NCBI RefSeq assembly: GCF_006345805.1
Contig: NC_043023.1
Location: forward strand, 18,352,001-18,416,000
DNA length: 64,000 bases
Source of the DNA: Octopus sinensis
Lineage: Eukaryota
Direction: 5' to 3'
In this document: one piece after another, positions 54,307 to 64,000 of the stretch
How the letters are laid out: every line of letters starts with the position of its first letter
How positions within the stretch are numbered: the first letter of the stretch is position 1
Notes under the pieces: model-generated
The model's input: the letters and a program-made list of their open reading frames with translations, nothing else
Database searches by the model: none
What the model was told of the DNA's origin: nothing
Position numbers and translations under genes: made by a program

Positions 54307-54810
54307 AGCATCATCATCATCATTGTTCGACCGTGGTCGAGACAATGGGATTTACCATGCTACGCCAGACTTCATGGTCCATCATGGCATTACGGAGGTC
54401 CTGTTGCTGGATGCCTGTATCTCTGGAGATTACATCAGGGTAGGAGAGTGTGCGCCCTCTGGTATCGCGAGCAGATAACTTCCAGAGGAGAAGAGGAGAA
54501 ATTACCTCGCTTTCAGTCCTACAACAATGTCCAGCAAACTGGACTCTTCTACCTTTCACAAGAGATGACACAGGTGGTAATTTCCCATATATTTGCACTT
54601 TGGTTGGATGACGCTTCCATGAGAGATTTTGAGCTCTCATAAGGAGGCGAGTGTAGGTTCCATCCAACCGCCTCTCAAGCTTCTTTGATAACGTCAAGGT
54701 TTCTGTGCCATATAGTAGAACTGGTTCGACTGTGACTTTGAAGATTTCAAGTTTGAAGTCTCTACTTAGATTTGATGACAAGATCTTAATCAGTGTTAAA
54801 TGATTTGAAC
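54307..54810 (-). mobile_element. RTE-type LINE 3' fragment with (GAT)n tail
   Basis: VEPVLLYGTETLTL...RRVQFAGHC...DHEVWRSMV in ORF 54320-54958, followed by TGA repeats. Confidence 0.85.
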
Positions 54811-54928
54811 AGATGGACCTTAATTCTATCATTTTAATCCCTTTGGGTACTTTATTTACTATACCATAAGACTTCCTTTCAAAATAATCATTCAAAACTT
54901 GAGACGAAATAAAACAATAGAAACGAAC

Positions 54929-55043
54929 CAGCGTCTCGTCGCTACATTTGCATGGCATGGGATCGTCACATTAGTCCCTATTTTTGTCACTGGCCAATAG
55001 AAAGTGCCATTGCTTGTTGGTGTAGTGTTTTCATTACAGACCA
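54929..55043 (-). CDS. Adhesion GPCR exon: HormR-like domain start (VCNENTTPTSNGTFYWPVTKIGTNVTIPCHANVATRRC)
   Basis: ttttcag acceptor and gttcgt donor; phase-compatible with the next exon; Cys/Trp pattern. Confidence 0.85.
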
Positions 55044-55649
55044 CTGAAAAACAAATAAGATATGTTAATATGAAATATATATTAGAGAATTTATAGCCGT
55101 GTTTTATATACCGAAAATGCAAACATATGCTTGATAAACATGTGAGAAATGTCCTATTACAGAGAGAATCAAACGAAACGTGTAATGGTGAATAAATATT
55201 AGCAAACCATCTTCGGAACGTCATGTTTTTATATATAAAATAACTCCACAAGCAACATTCCTTGTATTTTTAAATCTAATAGTGATCTCACATGAAAATA
55301 ACAACCAAAAACTGAATCCTAAAAAGGGAATAAGCAGATGTGGTGAAAGAGGATGCAGCTTCGATCTTAACCCTATTTATGTGTGTGTGTTTGTGTGATT
55401 GTATGTACGTGTGGAAGTGTGTGTGCATTTGTGTGTGTATGTATGTAAGCATGTATGTATGTATGTATGTATGTATGTATGTGAACAGGGTGTTGTGGAT
55501 AAATTTGACGGCTTGCTTAAAAGGGAAGCACAAAATCCCATCCAAATATGAAAGCATTTAAAACATTAAAGAATGTCAGCTAGATTATAACTGGGGGTTA
55601 ACAGTGGGGCTTCTGCCACTGCCTCGGCTTCTGCCACTGCCTTAGGACG

Positions 55650-56055
55650 GCCCCACAGACTGAGGTATGTGTTCTTCACAATGTTCGTGGGAATATCTTC
55701 GAACATCTTGCACTTGGCCAGCAGATGTTGCAAGCAGAGAGATTGGTGTCTTTATTCGTGGGATAACAATCGGGAGAATTAGGAGGCCAGAAATTTGGGC
55801 TGGTCAAGTCATAGACATTCTCTGACAACCACTTCTGACTCTTTTCAGTGGGATGGCAAGGTGCCGAATCCTGCAGCCACACATATGACCTTCCAGCAGC
55901 AAATTTCTCAAGCCAGAGTTTGACCACAGTCTCCAGCAGCTTCACATAGCCATCCGAATTGTGGCTCCGGCTCTGATTAAAGATGTTGGGCGGCACCATG
56001 TCACCTTCACTGGAACCACATCCAAGGACCATCGTAGTTTGGGGAAACTCCATTG
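55650..56055 (-). mobile_element. maT/DD37D (Bmmar1-like) transposase remnant
   Basis: MVLGCGSSEGDMVPP...YVWLQDSAPCH...SQKWL...WPPNSPD. Confidence 0.8.
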
Positions 56056-56089
56056 AAATAAATTTCCTTTTCAGAATTCAATTATTTTA

Positions 56090-57080
56090 TGAACGTTTCC
56101 AGACTGATGGTCTTTCGGTCCAAGCTCCGCTGACAAAGTGATGTAGTGCAATTTCAAGCATCATCAAACACTAGATATTTCTGCGCATTTTCTTTCAATG
56201 TCCACCTTCAAATCATCGCCTGTTTCCCGTTTTGTACTGTAAAACCGTTTACCTTTTAAATATCCCCATAAAAAGGAGTCTTATGATGTGAGATCAGGTG
56301 AATGCAGACTGTATTCTGTTGAAATTTCTTGTCCAAATTGTCTGTTTGGTAAAATCTCATAAAGGTAGATCATTAAATAATCTTGATAATTTTGGACATG
56401 AAATTCCACATCCTCTTTAATGCTTGGCATGACAGATTATCGCATCAAGTTCAAATAACTTGGGCCAGTCACAGTACCATCAAGAAGGAATCCTTTTGAT
56501 TAGGCGTTCCAAACTGTAATTTCTAATAAATTAATTTGGTGTTACTCAGTAATATGAGGATTCTCAGGTCCCAGGTCGATACAATCGTAGCGGTTACATC
56601 GAACAATTTGGTATAAATAGAGTGTCATCACTCCAAACAATCTTAGTTGCCAAAAAAGCATTTTCAATAAATCTTGCCAAGTACATTTTGCCAAAAACTT
56701 CTCTTTCGGTCCAGAGCATCTTCATTCCGAACATGGACTCTTCTTGGAATGTAATTTCTACAGTGATAAGGTCTGAAAATGCGATGGTCTGATGTCGAAA
56801 TTCCTATCTCACGACTCATTTGCCGCATAAATTTCCTTGAACTGTGGCAATATTTTTCTAGTACTCTTTATTGCTTTGTGGGGTTCGTCGATGTCCGTTG
56901 TCTTCTGGAAAGTGTCTTGTCATCACTGGGAACAGTTCCATCTCCTTCAAATCTATTTCTAAATCGATTGATGGTAAGTCGCAAAGGTGGATCTCTTTCA
57001 ATTTTCCTTCTAAAATGTCGTTGCACTTTTAATGCATTTTCAAATTTTCAGTGACGTTTCAATGAAGATTTCACACGTTT
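56090..57080 (-). mobile_element. rosa/DD41D-like Tc1-mariner transposase remnant
   Basis: VQRHFRRKIERDPPLRLTINRFRNRFEGDGTV, SREIGIS, KIVWSDD and SPDLTS*DSFLWGYLKGK. Confidence 0.75.
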
Positions 57081-59534
57081 ATAACTTAGTTTGGTTGCAT
57101 TCCTTATTTCTTACATTTTGAATCTAATATGAAAATGAGTTGTCATCTATTAAAGTGTGTAAAGGTTGACTTGTTAACGATGAAAAGAAGTGAAATGAAA
57201 TATATTGCAAAAAATTACATCATTATTCGAAATTGCGTAAAAGGGGTGTGTTTTTTTTTTTGTGGGGGGGATTCCTGTTTGTTAAGGGGGAATCGTGTCA
57301 GTTATGTTTTCTAGTTCAAAATTGACATGATCACATGACCAAATGGTTTTATGCTCGTGAGGGTAGGGATCCAATAATTTCACATTTTTATATTTATGAA
57401 ACACCCGAATTGTGTAAATCTTTCAGCTAAGCGCAGCCTGCTTCTACTTCTATTAGTTGTGGGGGTCAGAATGTATGACCTTACTTTCTCTTTTAATTGT
57501 TGCCACATAAATCTGGCTAAAGATATAATATTACAAGTGATTCTGGTGGAATGTATTAAGAATGAACAAATTTGTTATTCCTTGGATTCTCGTTGCTCTT
57601 CAGAGATGTCTGTTTGACGGACACCAGCACGCACCGAGAAAGTTGTTTAATCTGAGGGGAGACACAACTAGATTCCCTTGAACCGGGGAATCACCTATGT
57701 TTTAAAAAGCACATTATGTACAGAAAGATTGTGTTCTCCGATGACGAGTGATTAGATATCCAAGCTTGATTGTTCCAGAACGTATGAAGAAGGGATACGT
57801 CATCATTCGAAATTGTTTCAAGAGAGCATCTGAGAATGGCAACAGCCACGAATTCAGACTGCAAACATGAAGAAAGTTATCGAGAATATGCATTTTAAAT
57901 ATTACACTATATAGATTATTGATTTACTGAATTAAGCCTCGATTCAAAATTAGCTAAATAAACATCTAGCAACGATTTCGACTCCAAATCAACAGGGAGA
58001 TAACCCAAGAAACCTGAAGACAGTGATTGGCAGAGTTGATAGTACGTCCGGCAAAATGCTTCTTAGTATTTGTTCCGACTCTTTCAACTCTGAGTTCAAA
58101 CCCGGCTGAGGCCCATTCACCCTTCATTCTTTCCAGGATAATAAAAAGTACCAGTTCAGGGCAGTGGGGTAAAAGACACTTTCCCAAGATTCCATGCAAT
58201 GGGACTGAGACAGGGTACTTTGCCTTACTTCTTCCGGCACTGTACTTTCTGAGTTCAAATCCTAGCATGGCCTCCTTCGTTGGTAGAAGCAAAACATCAG
58301 CCAGTTTAATGCCAGCACTTGACAGTGTGGATGCCATTAGTGGAAGAGAAATATCTGTTGTAATTATTTAGAGCACATCTTTAGTTTGATGGCATCTCCC
58401 TTTCTCTCCTGCCTACCACGATTGAAGGTCTTGTGAAAGAATCATGGACACTGGTCTCCCAAGAAAAGCTAGAATTCTCATGAATTAACATGTCATTAAG
58501 CAAAACAATAGGACAAATGTGGAACGTGTTTCTGCCTTCATAAGCGTCATTAGCACTGCGTTGTCTTACCTTAATTCTTTAAGAATTAGACGTATGCAGA
58601 ATAAATAGAAAACGTTTATGGCCTAAACTAATTTGTGTAATTAAAATTAAAAGGAGCAAACAAACAACTGAGAGCGGCGAGTAGTAGAGATTCCAACGAA
58701 GAAAATAGCAAAATAAATTCTTGATTTATGGAATGTCATTTTGATTTCAAAAATGGTAAGCGTGCGCGCGTGTGTATGTATGTGTAATATCATCACCTAT
58801 TTACGATGATGCTGAGGGTGACGACGACGACGACAATGAAGATGATGATGGTGATGATAAAATCACTGATGATTGTCATGAGGATAGAAATGACACGAAA
58901 CACTCTACTTACTTTCATCAAATAACTCCGTGTTCCCTTGTTGCAATCCCAAATCACGCAAAGTCTGTGATGTCTTAAAAGTTTCGGAAACTTGTTTAAA
59001 AATTTGGTCTTTAGTAAATATAAGTGATACTGTGCAATTAATAGTAAATACTCCGCTATTGTTTTCAGAACTGAAATAGGATTTTAAAAGATATTACAAA
59101 ATGTAATTAGTTTCAACGATACTCACCATATATATATATATGTATGTGCGTGTGTGTGTGTGTATGTGTGTGTGTGTCTGTGAGTGTGTGTCTGTGTGTG
59201 TGTGTTTGTGTGTATATATATATATAAATTAGAAAAAAGCTGTTTCTAATTTATATAGATTATATTTTGTGAAATTTGAATTAGTATTTCTAAATCGAAT
59301 TTTTCCCTGTAAGTTTGGAATAATATTCCTTATATATATAAATATATATGCATGAGTGTGTGTATAGGTAACATATTGAGACGTGCGTACGTTACATAAC
59401 ATTTTCAGAATTATAAGAAGACAACGGAAAATTTGACATGTCTTATTCTTAAAAAGACGTGTAGTAAATAAACAAACAAACATATACTAAATACACTATG
59501 CTCGTTTGTTTATTTACTACATATTCTTTATTTA

Positions 59535-60134
59535 TACACGATATAAGGTACACGCTGTAAGGTACACGCTGTAAGGTACACGCTGTAAGGTACACGCTGT
59601 AAGGTACACGCTGTAAGGTACACGTTGTAAGGTACACGCTGTAAGGTACACGCTATAAGGTACACGCTGTAAGGTACACGCTGTAAGGTACACGCTGTAA
59701 GGTACACGCTGTAAGGTACACGTTGTAAGGTACACGCTGTAAGGTACACGCTGTAAGGTACACGCTATAAGGTACACGCTGTAAGGTACACGTTGTAAGG
59801 TACACGCTGTAAGGTACACGCTGTAAGGTACAAGCTGTAAGGTACACGCTGTAAGGTACACGCTGTAAGGTACACGCTGTAAGGTACACGCTGTAGGGTA
59901 CACGCTGTAAGGTACACGTTGTAAGGTACACGCTGTAAGGTACACACTGTAAGGTACCCGCTGTAAGGTACACGCTGTAAGGTACACGCTGTAAGGCACA
60001 CGCTGTAAGGTACACGCTGTAAGGCACACGCTGTAAGGCACACGCTGTAAGGTACACGCTGTAAGGTACACGCTGTAAGGTACACGCTGTAAGGTACCCG
60101 CTGTAAGGTACACGTTGTGAGGTACACGCTGTAA
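59535..60134. repeat. 14-bp minisatellite (GGTACACGCTGTAA) x about 43
   Basis: Direct inspection; explains the TACTLQRVPYSVYL repeat ORFs. Confidence 0.97.
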
Positions 60135-60669
60135 CGCTGTAGAAACCTTGTCAAAACAGAGATCGGAATACGAAGCAGACCTCCGAGCTGTCGTTTTATT
60201 CTCAAACCGTCCAACCAATGCCAGAGTCGAGAGCGGACATGAACTGATGATTATGATGATGATGATGATGGTGGTGGTAATGATGGTGTTGATGACGACA
60301 ACGACGACAACCTATGCATCTACATATATATTCACACACACATGTTTTGTACTCTATATATCTACATTAGTCTGCTCAACATTTCATTGAACGTATGAAC
60401 CTGTGTATTATGGATGTCAGGTACAGAATTCTTATTGTAATATTTAATACAGCAAAAATAAACACGGGAATATTTTCACCAAAAATAAACAAAATTTGAA
60501 TGAAAGTATTAATTTTGCTTACCCACAATACGCAACTTCGAATGTTCCTGTCAAGTTTGATAACTCATGCTCTATCTGCAATACAGGAATATATATATAT
60601 TGGTAAAACGGTAAGATAACAAAAGAAAGAAAGAGACCTCAATATTATGTAAATAGAGGAAATTTATCT

Positions 60670-60833
60670 ATACAACAATATGTTATATTACCCGATAGTC
60701 AAGAATAAACTCTGAGTTTCAGATGCTAGATAGCGTTTTCAAATAGCCAGATAACCGAAGAGATGTCGTGGATTCCCACTTCGGCATCTGAAACTCAGAG
60801 TTTTATCTTGACTATCGAGTAATGTAACATATT

Positions 60834-60840
<7 letters not shown>
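60670..60840. mobile_element. Fold-back MITE-like element with about 57-bp arms
   Basis: 60670-60726 is the reverse complement of 60784-60840 with about 5 differences; same family as 37615-37715. Confidence 0.85.
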
Positions 60841-60918
<78 letters not shown>

Positions 60919-61140
60919 GTGTGTGTGTGTGTGGCCATGCTTGACGCTTTATCCACAAGTTTTTATTCTCTCTCTGTTTCTTTTCTCTTATTCCTTCCCG
61001 TTAAAGAGCGTAGGCTCGAAACATAAAGGCGTCAAACCAACATACCTGCTTATTGTACATAGCCCCGTCTTCGTCTATTGTTTTTCTATAAATTTCAACT
61101 ATATATATAGATCCCTTCTTTGGATCTTTCCTTTTCCTAT

Positions 61141-61175
61141 GTTTCTGGCGAAGAGCTCTGCTCGAAACGTTAAAC
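61141..61175 (+). ncRNA. Minimal type I hammerhead-like motif with a core substitution (a more decayed twin lies at 60993-61029)
   Basis: GTTT CTGGCGA A GAGC TCT GCTC GAAA C GTT AAAC. Stem I 4 bp, stem II 4 bp, AACGTT palindromic stem III; CTGA changed to CTGG. Confidence 0.6.
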
Positions 61176-61285
61176 CCTCTTCTTTCCTTCCTTCCTGAGC
61201 GTCCAATAATACTAAATTTGTTCCACATCCTCGCGTTGTTGTGTTTTCCCTTTGTGTTTTCATGTTTGGATTAACTATATCTATA

Positions 61286-61348
<63 letters not shown>

Positions 61349-61519
61349 ATATATATATATTCACATGTCCATATATGCCTCTCAGGTGACAGACTAGCAC
61401 AATCGTAACCGCACCGGCAACAATGCTTTGTAGCATTTGCTCTAACTCACCCTTAACTTCAAATTCTGCTCGGATCGACTCTGCCTTTCATTCTTTACAT
61501 ATACATAATATATATATAT

Positions 61520-61603
<84 letters not shown>

Positions 61604-61696
61604 CATATATTCGACGGGATTCTTTCAGTTTCTGCGTGCAAGCTTCTTATCACACAGCTCCGCCTGAGCTAATATATGTATATGTATGTATGTATT

Positions 61697-61804
<108 letters not shown>

Positions 61805-62449
61805 GTGTGTGTGTGTGTATGTATATATAATTAAGGATAAGATCATTAATTTAAAATTAAATAATGATCTTAGCATGTAGCCAGCATGGAAAATATAACC
61901 TTCAAAGATAATAATTATTAATATCATAACTTAGGGTATCTACGAGATACCGCCATGCTGAAAATAGCAGCCATGATCTGACTCTAAAACCACCTTAAGT
62001 GTTCATATAGTAACACGGAGAGAAGAGAAAAAGGCGAGATAAAACTAGTAAAAATGACTGGATAATCCCAGATTCCGGATTTCTGACTTTGCATTTAGGA
62101 ATGGTTTGCCTCACCAGTGGAATATACACAGAGTGAAATATATATATATATATACAACATACGAATACTTACATATACGAACGTATATGTATATGTATGT
62201 ATACGTTCGTATATGTAAGTATTTGTATGTTGTATTTGTATGTATATATATATATATATGTATTTAAACACATAAGAGATGACCATAATAGGATATCTGA
62301 CACACTAGAAAGAGCAGTTAAACTCCAAACCACTAATAGTTGTAATTCTGAAAGGGAAAGAGAAATAAAAATGTTTACCCTATCTTTCCTGGACTATGCA
62401 TAGTTTCGACAACTAATTACAACTATTAGTAGTTTGGAGTTTAATTGCT

Positions 62450-62687
62450 TTTTACTCTTTTACTTGTTCCAGTCATTTGACTGCGGCCATGCTGGAGCAC
62501 CGCTTTTAATCGAGCAACTCGACCCAGGGAATTATTCTTTGTAAGCCCAGTACTTATTCTATCGGTCTCTTTTGCCGAACCGGTAAGAAACGGGGACATA
62601 AACACACCAGCATTGGTTGTCAAGCGATGTTGGGGGGACAAACACAGACATACAAACATACACGCACACACACACACATATATACAT

Positions 62688-62739
<52 letters not shown>

Positions 62740-62892
62740 GACGGGCTTCTTTCGGTTTCCGTCTACCAAATCCACTCACAAGGCTTTGGTCGTCCTGAGG
62801 CTATAGTAGAAAACACCTGCCCAAGGTGCCACGCAGTGGGACTGAACCCGGAACCATGTGGTTGGTAAACAAGCTACTTACCACACAGCCGT
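62450..62892 (-). mobile_element. tRNA-head SINE, full length
   Basis: Same family. Confidence 0.9.
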
Positions 62893-63249
62893 CTGAATTT
62901 ATTGATTTTAAATTTAAAGCTTTTCATGAACAATATACGCACGCCTGTCCTGTTTCCCTAATATTCCGCCATCACCATTATAAACTATTAAGCAGGTATA
63001 TATATTCTGTACATGAAAGACAGGGTGGTTTATCTGTTTATATGCATCACTGACTCCGTATCTGTTCCCTTGAATTCACCTTATACCTACTTTCCACCCC
63101 TCCAACTCGATCCTCGGTACATGTTTCGGAGTGTAGGATCCAATCATCTGAACGTTGTTGAAACTTTTTTATGTTGAGAATCTTCTGATCTCATTTGTAA
63201 ACGCTATATACATTCTTTTATTCTTTTATAGATTTGTACGTGTGTGTGT

Positions 63250-63293
<44 letters not shown>

Positions 63294-63802
63294 GTGCAGG
63301 AAAAGATAGTGAGGGAGAGAAAATAAACGGCTACTCACAGCTCTAGATATGTTAACACCCGAACTTTTATATTCATTGAACTTCTTCAATGTAGAATTGA
63401 AAATCAGATAAAATACAAAAGAATTGGTCCAACCTATGGAAAAATATAGAAACGGAAGTGAATGATTCCTTTCGTAAATGAGAGTCTTGTGATAGATATC
63501 ACGAAGATATAAATATGATTATCAATATGATAACAGTGAAGTGGGTTTCGTTGAGATGGAGGAGGCTGACAAACACATGAGCAGTACACGATTACATTTG
63601 TTTTGTTGATGAGAGCAAAAAAGAGCAAAAAAGAGCAAAAAATAGCAAAAAATAGCAAAAAAGAGTTCAGAATGGTTTGGGAAATGAGTATTTGAACATC
63701 TCATACAATTTCCCTCTCATTCGCGATTTTTGATTCTAAAAATATTTTGGTAACTCTCTACTCATGGCGCAGGAGTGGCTGTGTGGTAAGTAGCTTGCTA
63801 AC

Positions 63803-63913
63803 GCACATGCGCAATTAGTCAGTTGCTTCCTGTTCAGCCAGAGTGGACGCGAGTCAATCAGCTCCGTCCAATTAAAGAAAAAAGACCAAAAACGGAAAGT
63901 TGTCGAGGTAAGT
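63803..63913 (+). promoter_or_regulatory. Candidate core promoter and first non-coding exon of a plus-strand gene
   Basis: NRF1-like GCACATGCGC (63803), Inr-like TTAGTCAGTT (63815), ETS-like CTTCCTG, GGACG about 25-29 nt downstream and a strong GAG|GTAAGT donor at 63907/63908. Confidence 0.4.
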
Positions 63914-64000
63914 GATTTTGTTTATTGTGAGTTGGGCATAATTTATTGCGTGCCAATTATTATTTCAGTAAGTTGTGTCCAACTCTGAGACAATTTCGCC

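Larger units (their letters stand above)
44471..55043 (-). pseudogene. Adhesion GPCR (HormR-GAIN-GPS-TM1): disrupted or truncated gene, or assembly indel errors
   Basis: Eight AG/GT-bounded exons with mostly compatible phases. HLTSF GPS autoproteolysis motif. Phase mismatch at 49222 and a 1-nt deletion plus TAA in the TM1 exon. No TM2-7 exons found. Confidence 0.75.

Noticed and set aside
57710-57867. Open minus-strand segment between ag and gt (SEFVAVAILRC...) as an upstream GPCR exon; similar candidates near 58550-58622 and 63345-63395
   Set aside because: No recognisable domain, weak splice signals and phase not verifiable by eye.
52123-60134. 19-bp and 14-bp arrays as CRISPR-like arrays
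   Set aside because: Units are contiguous with no unique spacers; eukaryotic context with no cas genes.
59449-60218. Repeat-protein-like ORFs (TACTLQRVPYSVYL)n
   Set aside because: Artefact of a 14-bp unit (three units equal 14 codons); no coding evidence.

Overview
AT-rich, microsatellite-dense eukaryotic genomic DNA, most likely cephalopod (Octopus-like); this is inferred from the repeat families and the GPCR type, not shown directly. About eight minus-strand exons (55043 to 44471) encode the HormR, GAIN/GPS and TM1 parts of an adhesion GPCR. That gene has two apparent 1-nt frame breaks, and I found no TM2-TM7 exons in the window. The rest is mostly transposon debris: many copies of a tRNA-head SINE, a near full-length RTE LINE and a short 5'+3' derivative of it, L1/Tx1-, CR1-, R4-like and Penelope-like fragments, a Helitron RepHel fragment with non-autonomous ends, three Tc1/mariner families, a hAT remnant, a Gypsy protease remnant and fold-back MITEs. 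The most notable unexplained structures are: an intact type I hammerhead ribozyme inside a 563-bp partially duplicated unit (retrozyme or non-autonomous Penelope-like); further hammerhead motifs at 31.4 kb and 61.1 kb; a TA-flanked MITE carrying head-to-head TTAGGG/CCCTAA fold-backs; and a SINE head positioned so that it could act as a frame-restoring micro-exon. All alignments were done by eye, and repeat boundaries are approximate unless stated.
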